A model generated the notes under the pieces. The model made no database searches and was not told the origin of the DNA. It saw only the letters and a program-made list of their open reading frames with translations. From Camelus ferus (Eukaryota): DNA of 64,000 nucleotides. The position numbers and the translations under genes were made by a program. Shown in pieces: positions 24,334 to 38,100 of the stretch. The stretch is from contig NC_045697.1 of the NCBI RefSeq assembly GCF_009834535.1, positions 109,246,001-109,310,000 of the forward strand, written 5' to 3'. Every line of letters starts with the position of its first letter. Position 1 is the first letter of the stretch.

Positions 24334-25234
24334 GTAAGCCTCCTTTGTGCTGGGGGAGGGAGTTTCGCAGACTGACCTCCTGCAACCTGCCAAAAGGTTC
24401 TTTCCAGAATTCTCCAGTTACCTATGGGAGGCAGTAAATCTTTTGTGCTTCTGATAGATATCTAGAAACATAACCACGAGTTGCCAATAATTTAGTTTAT
24501 TTCAAACAACTCTAAGTAGGAGGAAGTAATCCAGTAGCCACTGATTTATTTCCACGGGAGATGGAGCATTAAGTATTTTAAGATTGAAAAAATTTTAGCA
24601 CAGGGAACTATATTCAATGTCTTGTGATAACCTCTAATGGGAAATAATCTGATAAAGAACAGACTTATGTACATAAATATAAATGAATCATTTTGCTGTA
24701 TGCCTGAAACATTCAATTAAAAAAATGAAAAAAAAAATTTTTATTTCCCTTTGTTCCTTGTGAAACAGTTTTTGCCCACCACACATCTCTCAGAGAGGAT
24801 CTTTGGTGAGGCCAATTAAAAGTCTACCATTTTCTCCCACATAACGAATCAGGTAAAATACCTGCATATATGAGGAGTTAGTTGAAGAGAGATCTTTCTT
24901 CCAAAGATGCTTCAGAAGACACATACTGATGGCACATGTTATGATGTTGCAGATGAAGGAAAAAAACTGTATATATATATGAAATAATTATAAATTACCT
25001 GAATATACAGTTTGCTACATATGAAAACACACTTCTTTTTTAATCTTTCTTAAATAGTTTTTTCCATTGAGTTAATCAATTTTCAAAATATATTTTTACC
25101 CTCTTGCTCAACTTACACCATCAGCAATTAAGCATTAAAAACATTGTTAGCAATTAGTTTATCTGTGGTCTACTTTATTTCCCTAGTAAGTTTACGTATT
25201 TTTCTTTTTTTTATATTACCTTACACATTCACTG

Positions 25235-25560
25235 TTTTTTGGGTTTTTTTTTCTTTTTCAGTTTTATTAGAATTATTACAGTTTGCACATATACATTATA
25301 TTGCATGTAAATACATATATACAATATACTGCACTTTTTATTAGTTTACATATGTGTACTGATCATTGTTTCTAAGAACAGATTAGAGCTTTAGCTTTTT
25401 AAACTTACATAGTTATCAAAGGAATAAAGCCAGCCACAAAATAAGAATCAACAGAATGTGGTAATCCAATCATAAAGGACAGTCAAATGTACTTACACAT
25501 ATTCAAGAAATTACATATTCAAGAAATCAATCATCTAAGTTATAAATAGTAAGTAGTTCA
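25235..25560 (-). mobile_element. Unassigned polyadenylated retroposon 3' end, copy 1
   Basis: Strong similarity of 25259-25441 to 50640-50830; AATAAA and polyA on the minus strand. Confidence 0.75.
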
Positions 25561-25599
25561 TTTGTGTCCTTTTTTTTTTTTGATGTGGTATACGGATCA

Positions 25600-25752
25600 A
25601 AGTATTTTTTGTTTGTTTGTTTTTTATTTTGGTGATGGGGGAGGTAATTAGGTTTATTTATTTAGTTAGTTAACAGAGATCCTGGGGATTGAACCCAGGA
25701 CCTTGTGCATGCTAAGTACACGATCTACCAGTGAGCTATACCCTTCTCTCCT
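25600..25752 (-). mobile_element. tRNA-derived SINE (Vic-1 type)
   Basis: GGGAGGTAATTAGG...GGGGATTGAACCCAGGACCTTGTGCATGCTAAG. Confidence 0.9.
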
Positions 25753-26849
25753 GCATATTTTTCTTAAAAGCAAATATGGTAATTATTTTTATAGCATTTT
25801 ATTAAATATATTTTCCTTTATTACTTAATGCACAAAATTAATTTTTTTTACCTCCTATCATAGAGCAGGAAACTGGTATTTCCAATGACTTCACATCAAT
25901 GCTAATTACATTTACAATCCAATCTAACATACATTTGTTATCTGATTGAACGTGCTTTGAGTTGATTTACTTTGGAAGGTCTCAGTTGCAATAGAAAAAT
26001 CACATCCTTGGTGGTGATGGATGGATGGATTCGGTGGATTTGTTACTGGTGGTTGTGGTGTTTTGTTTCTTTGTTTTGGGTTGTTGTGGAGTGTGTGTGT
26101 AGTGTGTGCATGTGTGTCTACTTTTTGTTTGTTTGAAGTGGTGGTATATAAGGGCACTGATACTTTATTCATTTTATATGTTGGCTTAAGCACTTTATAA
26201 TTCATACTCCAAAATGGCTAAATGGAGAGTGACTTCTCCCTTCACTCCATGGATGTAGCTAAAACATGAACCCCAGCTGACTGTCCACGGTTCCCCGGGC
26301 TCACGTGGTAAGATGACTGTTTGAAATGCAGCAGGTCGACACAGCCTAGAACTCTGTACATGATGCTGAGAGCCACTCAGTTTGAGCTTGGCAGAGCTGC
26401 CCCATCCCCTGCTGTTCAATGCCTGGGCAGTCTGTTGTTTGGCTTCTATTTCCTTGCTCTGATAGGTGAGAAGCAACCCTTCTGGGCTGCCCTGGGTCTG
26501 CTCCCTGCCCTCTCACTGAGGACTATTTCAGCCCACTTCCAACTCCCATCCAATAGCTAGTGGCAGAAATTTTCAAGATCCTACCATGGCAAGTCCCTAT
26601 GGAACGCTGTATGTTGACATTGTTTTAGCATTGCTTGCATTGCAATTATGTACTTCCTTAAAATAGGAAAATTTTGTTTACATAGAGACAAAATTTCAAG
26701 GCTGGTCTTACTGTCATTGGCGAGTGAGACCCAAGACCACTTACCTCCACCTCCTGCCGGGCACAAACACCAGCCAGTGAAGAGCAGCCCTCTTACTGTC
26801 ATTTCTTCCAAAATGCCATCAGTGGGGCTTGGAAGACAGAGACTCAGTC

Positions 26850-28070
26850 CCTGGCCTCATGAAGCTTACAACTAAGTGGAGGAGCCAGTTGTTAACCATC
26901 TAATCACTACAGTTAATGTGAAATTAAACCAAAGACAAGTGCTACATACCAGACGCACACAGGCGACCGCATAATAGAGGAATTTGCTCTAGTCAGGGAA
27001 GGCTTCCATGCAGAAGCGATGATTAAGTAGAAATCCCAAGGGTGAGTAAAAACTAATTTAGCAAAGGGGAGTGAGCAGAAGGAAAGAATTTCAGGGATGT
27101 GCAAATGTGGAGAGTGAGAGGGACCGTGACACTTAGGAAGAACTTAAATAAGCCCAGTGTGGCAGACGTGCAGCAAATGAAGAAGAAAGCAAATGTCTAG
27201 GTGTCAGATCATACAGGTGCATAATCCGTATCACCACATACAGGACTCCTGTCTTCCTTGTATGAACAGGGGAAGCCACAGAAGGGTTTCACCTTCAAAG
27301 TGAGAGGAAGGAGAATGGTGAGCTGTGAGTTTTGAGAAGGTCACTCTGGTTGCAGTATGGAGAAGGGTTAGCGGGGTACAAGGGGGATGACCGGACACGA
27401 GGTGCAGAGCTGACTGCAGAAACCTGAGAAAGGGTGGTGTGATGCAGACAGAGACCTGGAGAAGCTGGAAAAATATTTAGGGATATCCAGGCTTTGGTGA
27501 TGGGTTGGATGTGGACAGTGAAGGCCAGTAAGGGAATTACGGTTTGAAGAACGACTCCTACATTCTGGTTTGCTTAGATGACTGGATGGAGGTGTAGTTC
27601 ATTGAGATTAGGGGGGTGGACACAGTTTGCGGGAAGGTCAAGGGTTTGGTTTTGAACATGTGAGTATTAGGACCTGTGACACATCTAAGAGGGGAGGTCA
27701 AGAGATCAGTTGGTGTACAGATGTGGGGCTCAGGGGAGACATCTGTGTGGCAAGAAGCATAAATGTGGGAGTGTTATGCTTACTTTTAGGCACTACAATG
27801 TAATGCAATACCCCAGGGAGAAAAGAAGGCTTACAGTAAGCCTTGCTTAACTCCAAAGTGTATTGATTCAGTCGAAAAGAGCAGGCAGAAAGAACCCAGT
27901 GAGTGTGATGTCATAAGCCAAGGAAGGATAAAGTTTCCCAAAAAGGAGGGGTAGGGAGATAGTGGTCAAACGTGATGAATACTGTTAAGTCCAGTAAGAC
28001 AGTATTGAAAAGTAAATGTCTGTTAGATCTAGATGTCACTAGTGACCTTAGAGAAAGCTGTTTCGTCTCT
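26850..28070. mobile_element. L2 LINE remnant
   Basis: Purine-rich degenerate L2 motifs (GGTCACTCTGGTTGCAGTATGGAGAA, TTTGGTTTTGAACATGTGAG, GTCACTAGTGACCTT). Confidence 0.65.
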
Positions 28071-28381
28071 GGTATTGATTCAGTGCCATGCTACCGACGT
28101 GTGTGACATTGGGAAGGTTCAGCGTACCTCCTCCATGTCAATTTCCTTATCTGCAAAATAAAAGAAATGGAGCGAAACTGGAGGTTTTCACATTCTGTTT
28201 GTCGGAGAAACTGGTAAACAGTATACACTGCAGTTATGGAGAGCTTAGATTCTGATCCCAGGTTGCCTGCGTTTACCTGCTGCTCTGCCTCTGACCACCT
28301 AAATCCCTCGGGCAAATAGCACCCTCTCTCTGCCTGCGCTTCCGCTTGTGTCTGAGGGTGATCACAGGGTTATTGGAAGGA

Positions 28382-28613
28382 CAATTGACCCTTGAACAAC
28401 ACAGGTTTGGACTGCACAGGTTTACTTATTGCGGATTTTTTTTCAGTGGTGAATACTATGGGATTCCACGATCTGCGTTTGGTTGAATCCTCAGACACAG
28501 AACCGCAGGTGCGGAGGAACCGGGTAATCGGAGGGCTGGCTCTAATTACATGTGGATTTTCCACTGCAGGAAGTGTCGGCTCCCCTAAACCCCTAGTTGT
28601 TCGTGGTCAACTA
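28382..28613. mobile_element. Tigger2-family MITE
   Basis: TIRs CAATTGACCCTTGAACAAC ... GTTGTTCGTGGTCAACTA followed by TA. Confidence 0.8.
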
Positions 28614-29294
28614 TACTTTGAACTTAGTGAGCAGTGTTACTCATTATTAGCCATACGTTTTGCTAATTAAATGAATTAAATTTGACACCTTTTAAAGAGA
28701 GGTCAGGATGGTGGGACTCCATCCCTCTTTCAAACAAAACATTTCCACTTTGATATGTTTTCAACACCTGAGATCTGCTGATGATTTTGTATGTAAAAAG
28801 AGTTTAAATGTTAACAACAACAAAAAGTGACATGTTTCTCCCAATTTGTGTGAAAGTCCACAAATTCGTGAACACCATACTAGATATTCCTAGACCAATC
28901 TTCACCTTGCATGTGCATATAAATTGCCTTGGAATCTGATTCATTGGGTCTGGAGTGGGACCTGTGGTTCTGCATTTCTTCCAAGCTCTGGGTTGAGGCC
29001 GGTGATGCTCACCCATGGACCACACTTTGCTGGTGTGACAGAGCTCTAAGAAACGGTACCAAAGCCAGTGAGATTATTCTTTTTTTTTTTTTTTTAGCAG
29101 AATCCTTTGCCTGATCAGTTGACGGGTCCAATGTGAGGTTACTTATTAACCTCAGAGATATTCCTTTCCCAGTAAAGGAAACTACCACGGAAGATTATGC
29201 CGAGTAGCCCTGTAGTCACTGAGAATGTGTATGGTACCCATTCCAGGAGCCCCGCTGTGCTGACAGCCCTCCTTCTCTTCTGCTTTGGCAACAG

Positions 29295-29532
29295 GTGCCT
29301 GCAGAACTACATTCCCGCCCACAGTTTAACCCTCTCCTGCCCAGTGTGCCGCCAGACCTCCATCCTACCCGAGAAGGGGGTGGCCGCGCTTCAGAACAAC
29401 TTCTTCATCACGAACCTGATGGATGTGCTGCAGCGAACTCCAGGCAGCAACGCTGAGGAGTCCTCCATCCTGGAGACGGTCACCGCTGTGGCTGCGGGGA
29501 AGCCTCTCTCGTGCCCAAACCACGATGGGAAT
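29295..29532 (+). CDS. TRIM2: TRIM2 exon 3 (end of RING, start of B-box)
   Basis: [28 protein letters not shown]...[11 protein letters not shown] acceptor, GTAAGT donor; 238 nt, phases 2/0. Confidence 0.97.
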
Positions 29533-31064
29533 GTAAGTGAGCGGACTGCAGGTACTACTGCGTGGCCGTGCGGCTGCTTGATTTGGGGAGGCTTTGGGCA
29601 ATCAGAGGTTAGACACTAACACAGAACTCCACCTGGAAACTGAGTGATTCAAAACGCATTTTCTCAGTCCTCAGACTATTTTGCCTGCTTCCTTTCTCTG
29701 ACCGAATTTAAATTATAAAGTCAATCTTCATTGTGTCTACGTAGCACAAATTGTTGGTTTCAGCAGGGGAGCTAACCTATAATTCTGCAAGCTGGGCATA
29801 CTTTGCCCCCCATAAACATCTGTATAATAAATTATAAAGATGTCTAACAGATAAGTTCTGCAAATTGAGAATGATTATTAAAATATTACTGAAAAAAAAA
29901 ACAGAGAAGTAACACTGCTTAAGTGTACTAAAAAGCTATGCACTAAAGTACAAGACAGAAAAGAAAAGAAAAAGAAGTTACTGAATTACAGTTCTTTCTT
30001 TTTCTTGCAAGGGAAATTTTACTCACGCTCCCTTAGACCCTACTTCTTAATCATAAATAGAATTTGAAATTATGTGAACCTCTCATAAGAGATTATAGAT
30101 TATGGATTCCAAACATATTTCCTGCTACCAGCAAGCACAGTAACCATTATAAACTCAGGAGGACAGTGTGTCCCATCAAATAATGGATTCACAGTAGCTG
30201 TGTGCCCGGACAGGCAGCACTGCTTAGCAGCTCACTGTCCGCTTTGGACTCAGATTGTCTGATTCAAATCCTGCTTTTTAATTCAGTCCCTGTGTCAGCT
30301 TTGGCAGATTTATTAAACTCTCAGGTCTCACTTCCTCATCTGTCAAAAAGAAAGCAATAATAGTTTCCCATACAGGATTATTTGGAGAATTAAATATTTA
30401 AGTCAGAGAAAGCATGTGGTAAGCTCTCCATAAATGGTAGCTGTTAAGTTATTTGTAGCTTATGACTTCACCTTTTTCTTTATATAATGGCCACTCCAGA
30501 AGTGTTGGAAACTGCTGTAATAAAACTCTAAGACAACAAGAGATCATTAGAGCCAAGTAATAAGTATTAGCCATAATGACTGACTGTTGAGTTACCTCTC
30601 ATACCACTCCCCGCCCACTGTGCTGCAGCCTCCCTGGCCTCCTAGAACTTTCCATGTGGTCTCCCACCCTGGAGCCCGGCTGTTCTCTGTTCCTGATGAC
30701 CCGAATGCTCCTGGCTCCCTCTTTACATGGCTGGCTCGTTCTCATCCTCCCTGCCTCAGCACAAACTCCTCCCACACGGAGCAGTCTTCCCAGATGCCCT
30801 AGCTAAGGCAGACCACCTCTGACGCCTGGGTACCCGGCATCGCACCTGCTGTCTTGACATTCGCCACGTTCTGCCTGCCTCCATCTCTGTGTCTGCTGAC
30901 TTATTGACCTCCTGGCCCTGCTTTTAGAAAGTGAGCTCCAAGAGGGAGGGTCCATGTCCATCATTAGACCCCTGGCACTAAGCCCAGTATCTTACACATG
31001 AAAGTGCACATACAAACAGAGACCAACCAAACAAAAAAAAAGAGGCTACTGATTCAGCACTTGC

Positions 31065-31520
31065 TGTAACAAGGGGTCAGCCACCATCCCTCGTGTTTTG
31101 TCAGAGACTCAGGGTAAGGCAGAGGAGTGGGAAAGCCCCATAGTGGGAAAACGGGGGCGGCTGCAGATGCGCCCTGACTGGGAGCTGCTGACATTGGGAA
31201 GCTGGAGGCAAACGATTTAGTAGTGGGCAAACCTCTGTGATTGCTGAGGGGTGCGAATTTGGCTTTCTCTGGTTGCTCCTAAGTTGGAAGCAGGGACAAA
31301 AAGTATTAGTTATCAAGCCCTAGCCATTTGGGGCCAGGTGGTACAGAATTTATTGTTCAGTTTGTTGGACTGTTACCAGAGATAGCAGTTTGACTTTTCC
31401 TTACAATCCTGACTCGTAGCAGCCTGGCTTCCTGTGTTGTTTCGCGTAGATAAGGGGATGGGTCTCCCAGGCAGGTGGGTCCCAGTTCTATTTTTCTATC
31501 TGGTCTGACCATTGTCCATC
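31065..31520. mobile_element. Probable ancient ERV LTR remnant
   Basis: Resembles MER67/MER110-class LTRs from memory; ends not well defined. Confidence 0.4.
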
Positions 31521-32154
31521 TTTATATTCAGTCTCTCAGAAGTCAACCAGCACCTATTTGTTGAACAAATGGCCAGACACCATGCTTGGCTTCTTACACA
31601 CCACTCGGTGTCAAGTAGGTATTGGGTACCTTCATTTTATAGATGAAGAAACTGAGATTTGAACGGTTTAAATCACACACGTCTCACACTGGCTCTTAGT
31701 GAAGACTAAGGCTGTCTCCTCCTGGGGCTTACATCCTAAACACTAGTCTGGGAAGGCATTTATATCAGACACATGAGTCCCCGTATCCCTTAAAGTGTAG
31801 TCCAGGCATGGAGTTCTCTGAAGACCTGTGTTGATAGGAAAGTAAAGTTCCAGAAACGTTAGGAGACCTATGGTACACACCGGTCCAAATTTGGGGTGTC
31901 AAGGACAGACACGTAGAATGAGAAATAATGGCAACTGGAATGATTACATCAATAAGTAAAGGCAAGAGTGTCGTGGAATTCAGGAAACAGCTTGCAGCTC
32001 AGCTCAGCTAGAGCCTGGAGATGGGGCGACAGTGGTGGGAACACAGCTGGGTTGCAGGATGCAGGGATGGGTCTGGAAAGAGAGGGGAGGAATTGTGATG
32101 AGCTATGAATGTCATTGAGGAAAGGTTTGACCAAAACACCATAAGCAGTGAGGA

Positions 32155-32525
32155 AGTATATCACTTATTTGTGAGATCTAAAAAAAAATGATACAAATGA
32201 ACTTATTTACAAAACAGAAACAAACTTACAGACATAGAAAACACATTTATGATTACCAGGGGGTAAGGGGGTGGGAAGGGATAAATTGGGAGTTTGAGAT
32301 TCGCAGATACTAACTACTATATACAAAATAGATAAACAACAAGTTTCTACTGTGTAGCAGGGGAACTGTATTCAATATCTTGTAATAACCTATAATGAAA
32401 AAGAATAGGAAAAGGAATATATGTATGTATATGTATGACTGAAACATGATGCTATACACCAGAAATTGACACATCGTAAACTGACTATATGTTAATAAAA
32501 AATTCTTGAAAATAAAAATAAAACC
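32155..32525 (+). mobile_element. L1 3' end (cetartiodactyl-type 3'UTR)
   Basis: ATGAACTTATTTACAAAACAGAAACA...GGGAAGGGATAAATTGGGAGTTTGAGATT...AATAAAAA. Confidence 0.9.
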
Positions 32526-34989
32526 TTTTAAGCAGGAGGTGAGTATTTTAGTGGCATTATGGAGGAATAGAATAGCTGAGACTGGAGGCTGCAACACCAG
32601 TTCTGAGTTTAGTATTGAGTTGGCCAAATGAGAGATGGTAAGAGCTAGAATGAAAATTTCATCAATGGACTTGGAGAAGGAAGGATGAATTTTAGAGAGG
32701 AGAGTACTGTTTCACTTGAGAATCTGCCCCCCACAAATAAAAAGGCATATACTAAAATCTGTTGAACCAAGCTATGAAGACTTTGAGCAATTCAAGTTGA
32801 TCATCTAATAGGATTAAAAAAAATTCACTGTATTTTCGCATTGTGTAGACCAAGTTCCTGCACCACAATGCAATAAAGTTATACTAGGACCGTATGTTAT
32901 AGAAGAAACCCCAAATCTTTTTTAAGCTTATAATTATTTAATCAAAGAAAATTAGTAAAATTAAGATTATTTACAAAATAGTGTAAGTGGAAACTTTATT
33001 AAATGTGTAAGATAAAGTCAAATCTGTACTCAAGAAATTTTATAGGTTTAAGTATTTTCTGTTATTTAAAAAGAGTGCATTTCTAGAAATGAGGAAAAGG
33101 ACAATAAAATAAATATATGGAACACAAAAAGAATAAAGACAACTTTGGAGAATTTGAAAATAATGAAACAGTTGAGTTGATGAATAAATCCAAGAGCTGA
33201 ATTTTTAAAAATTAATTAAATAACCTGACATCTGATAAAGCAACAAAGGGTAAATATATAAGTCAGATTAGGGCTAATAAAGAGATATCAGCACAGATAA
33301 AAAGATTTTAAAATTAGTTCTCTGTGCTAAAGGCTAATGAAGGCTGAATGAAGTGAATGATTAAGAAACTACAAATGATCAAGAAAATCCAAGTAGACCT
33401 ATAATCTTGAGAGAAACTGGTAAAAGTTAATTTAAAACTGAATACCTTCAAGCCTGTATGGAACAGGTATGATTCATGGTATCTACACTTCTGGACCGTA
33501 AGTGAAGTTAAGCCCCAAATTCACCTGTGGTACACTCATGACTCGGGCACCAAAATCTAGTGACGACAGAAGAAGAAGAAAACTATGAATCATTCAGTTT
33601 ATGAAAGTAGCTGTGAAATTCTTATTTAAAATACCCCAGTACATTTTTACTGTATAAGGGTGCTTACTTAGAAATTAAGTATATGAACATCACGAAAGAA
33701 AATGAGCATAGAACTTAAAAAATTCACAGGTGGTATAAAAATGGCTGATAATCATATGAGAAAAGATGTTAAGCTTCACAAAGAATTCCTGAAGATGTAT
33801 TTCCTGAGCATCTCTGGGCATGGACACCCTTGGATGCCATGGGCTGCTAAACAGAACACTCTCAGAGATGCTGATTCCAGCAAAGTTAAAGCCTTTAGGT
33901 TAAACCTTTCCCTTGTCTATCAAACATACTGCATTAAATCACATTAAAAATTAACTCTATTTAAAGATTGGATCCTCCTGGAGGTGAATGAAGCTATTTT
34001 AAAGTATGTTTTGAGCACTTTCTCTATGCTGGGTCGTTCTGATTCTTTGGAATCATAAAGCTTATAAACCAGGAAGAGGCCTTGGAAAATTAACTGCATG
34101 TCTTGCATCATTCAATTGCTTCACCATAGATTGTAGGAATTCACTGCTGCTGCTTTGAAACAGGGGTCCTCATTGCATATTCAAGCCAAATGCATGCAAT
34201 ATTACGGATAAATTGCTGCAGTTAATTGCCATGGGTAAATCTTTAAAAACAATTCAAGCATCAGAAGGTTAATAAAATTGGGTAATTAACAGTAAAGCAG
34301 GATGTTGCCGTCATAAACTGCCTGGTGCTGATTAGCACATGTGGAGGAAAGCCTGTCATTTACTTTAAGTGCTGTGACACTATCTGTGTTCTAATTAAAC
34401 TGCCACGGCTGCATTGTTCAAATACAAAGAAAAATGGGAATAACGGTCAGTGATTTAAGAGGTTCTCTGCACTTAAAGCAGACATTTGAGCTCATGCCTC
34501 GTCCCAGAACACAAATGATCATTAAGCCCTGTTGTTGATTCCTTAGGCTCCTCACTAACAAGGATGTTAAGAGGTGCAAACCTTAAATCCTCATTAAGAA
34601 TGCCCTGCCACTCACCAGTTCCCACTCCCAGAAGCCTTGGGGTTGGCTGCGAGGCCCTGAGCATCCTTTCTAGCATCTTCTCTCTTAACAAACACAGATG
34701 GTGACTACCTGTCAAAAAGGATAAGCTCATCCTGGCCTCTGGCCCCCCCACCCCTGGGAGCACCCACATCAGCTCATCGGAGATGGATGAGCTCAGCTGA
34801 GCCTCACACCTCACACAATTAAATCTCAGCTGGAGTCAAAGCTGTCAGAACCCAAGCACAAGCATTTGAGAATGACGAGTTGTTGACGCTTCAGAATAAT
34901 TCCAGGGCTTTTGCTTCCCAAGAAACACTTGGGATACTGAACCAGGGGCAATTACCCAGGTCGGCTGCTGTCTCTTCAAATGTGCAATC

Positions 34990-35125
34990 AATTTTTTTTT
35001 TTTAAATTTTGGGGGGTGTTGGTAATTATGTTTATTTATTTTTTAATGGAGGTACTGGGGATTGAACCCAGGACCTTGTGCATGCTAAGCATGCACTCTA
35101 CCACTGAGCTATACCCTCCCCCCAA
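34990..35125 (-). mobile_element. tRNA-derived SINE (Vic-1 type), near-consensus
   Basis: GGAGGTACTGGGGATTGAACCCAGGACCTTGTGCATGCTAAGCATGCACTCTACCACTGAGCTATACCCTCCC; flanking CAATTTTT. Confidence 0.93.
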
Positions 35126-35127
35126 TT

Positions 35128-38100
35128 TTTAAATTGAAGTAAAACTCACTTCAATTTGTAACAAAACATTTAACATTTTAACCATTTTAAAGTGTACAAT
35201 TCAGTGGCTTTTAATATATTCAAAAGGTTATGCCAACACCACCACTATCTAATTCCTAAAGTTTTTCATTATCCCGCAAGGAAACTCCGTATCCACTAAG
35301 CAGCCACTCCTCATCCCCTTCTCCCAGCCCCCACTCTGGCACCCACCAGTCCACTTGGTCTCTATGGATTTGTCCATTGTGGACATTTGATATAAATGGA
35401 ATCCTACAATATGTCGCCTTCTGAATCTGGCTTCTATCACTCAGCATAGTGTTTGCAGGGTTCATCTACATTGTAGCATATTTCCGAACTTGATTCCTTT
35501 TTTATGGCTAAATAATATTCATCATCCAGGTATACCACAATTTGCTTATCCATCCATGAGTTGATGGATATTTAGGTTGTTTCCACTTTTTGGCTATTAT
35601 GAATAATGATGCTATGAACATTCATGTGCAGTTTTTGTGTGGACATATGTTTTCAGTTCTCTTGGGTTTATAGCTACGGGTGGAATTGCTGGGTCATATG
35701 GTAATGTTTACCTTCGAAGAACCACCAACTGATTTGACAGCAGCTACACCACTTTACATTCCCGCCAGCAAAGTATGAGCGTTCCTATTTTTCCACATTC
35801 TCATCAGCACTTGTTATTGTCTCATTTTTGAGTCTGGCTATCCTAATTGGTGGGAAGTAGTGTCTCATTGAGGTTTGGATTTGTTTTTTTCCCAGTGACT
35901 AATGATGTTGAAAATATTTTCCTTTGCAAATTGGCCATTTATTTATCCTCTTTGGAGAAATGTCTATTCAATTCTTTTGCCAGTTTTTGAATTGGGTTCT
36001 TGAGTTGTAGGGGTTCTATATGTTCTGGGTACGACATCATCATCAAATGTATGACTAGGAAATATTTTTCCCATTCTTTTCTCTCTCCTGGTAGTGCTGT
36101 TTGATGCTCAAGTTTTTAAATTGGTAAAGTCCAATTTATCTATTTTTTTTCTTTATTTGCTTGTCTTTTTGGTGTCATATCTAGGAATCCATTGCCCAAT
36201 CTAAGGTCATGTACTTTTACCCCTATAATTTTTTCCTAGGATTTTTATAGTTTTAGCTGTTACATTTAGGTCGTTAAATCTATTTTGAGTTAATTTTTAT
36301 ATATGGAGTGAGGTAAGGTTTCGACTTAACTCGTTTACATTGTAGATATCTGGTGGTCTTGACATCATTTGTTGAAAGGACTCTTTCCCCCACCCTTGGT
36401 ATCTTTGTCAAGAATCAGTTGACCATAAATGTATGGTTTTATTTCTGGACTCTCAATTCTATTCCATTGATCTATGTGCCTGTTTTTATCCTGGTAACAC
36501 AAAATTTTGATTACTCTAGTTTGATCATAAGTTTTGAAATTTGGAAGTGTGAGGCTTCCAATTTTGGTGTTCTTTTTAAAGATTGTTTTAAGACATTATG
36601 AACTCATATACAAAACAGAAACAGACTCGCAGAGATAGTAAACAATCTTATGGTTACCTGGGAAACGGGGTGGGAAGGGATAAATTAGGGAGTTTGAGAT
36701 TTACAAATGTTAGCCACTATATATAAAAATAGACTTTTTTTTAAAAAAAGCTTCTTCTGTGTAAAGATTACTTTAGCTATTCAGGGTCCCAGTGTAATTC
36801 TGTATGAATTTTAGGACTAGCTTGTTCATTTCTGTGAAAGAGGGCATTGGAATTTTGATAGATGTTTCACTGAATCTATAAATCAATTTGAGAAATGTTG
36901 CCCTTTTAACATACTAAGTCTTCCAGTTCCTGAGCATGGGGTATCTATCCATTTATTTCCATTATTAGGTGTTCTTTAATTTCTTTCAACAATGGTTTTG
37001 TAGTTTTCAGTGTAAAAGTCTTACACCTTCTTGGTTAAATTTATTCTTTAAGTATTTTATATTCTTTTGGATGCTATTGTAAATGGAGTTGTTTTCTTAA
37101 TTTCATTTTTGTATTGTTCGTTGATAGTGTATAGAAATATAACTGATTTTTGTTTGTTAATCCTGTATCCTACAACTCTGCTGATTTTATTGCTTCTAAT
37201 TGTGTGTGTGTGTTTGTATTTTGGGGGATTTTACATATATTAAATCATGTCATCCCTGAATAGAGTCATTCTTACTTCTTCCTTTCCAATTTGGATGCAT
37301 TTTATTTCTTTTTCTTGCCTAAATGCTCTGACTAGAACGTCTGGTATATTGTTGAATAGAATTGGCAAGAATGGATGTCCTTGTCTTGTTCATGAGCCTA
37401 GTGGGTCATCATTAAGTAAGCTATGGGTTTTGGTAGAAGTTTTTTGAGGAAGTTTCCTTCTATTTCTAATTTGATAAGTGTTTTTAATCATGAAAGGGTG
37501 TTGGATATTGTCAAATGCTTTGTCTGCATTCACTGAGATGAGAGTGTGGTTTTCCCCTCTTCATTCTATTAGTGTGGTACACTACATATAATTGATTTTT
37601 GTATGTGGACCACTGTCGCATTCCTGGAATAAATCCCACTTGGTCATGGTGTATAGTTCTTTTAATATGCAGCTGGATTCAGCTTATTAGTATTTTGTTA
37701 AGGATTTTTGCACCTGTATTCATAAGGGATATTAATCTGGAATTTTCTTTTCTTAGGATGTCTTTGGCTCTGATGTCAGTATATTACTGGCCTAATAGAA
37801 TGAATTAGGAAATGTTCCCTCCTCTTCTATTTTTTGGAGAGTTTGGAAGGACTGGTGCTAATTTTTCTTTAAATGTTTGATAAAATTCACCAGTGAAGCC
37901 ATCTCGCCGTGGGCTTTTCTTTGTTGGAAGTTTTTTGAACATTGATTCGTCTCTTTAGTTATTATAGACCTATTCAGATTTTCCATTTCTTCTTTGAGTC
38001 AGTTTGAGGTAGTTTGTGTGTTTGTAGGAATTTATACACTTTATCTAGGTTATTTGATTTGTTGGCATACAAGCGTTCATTGAATTCTACTTGTCAATTT

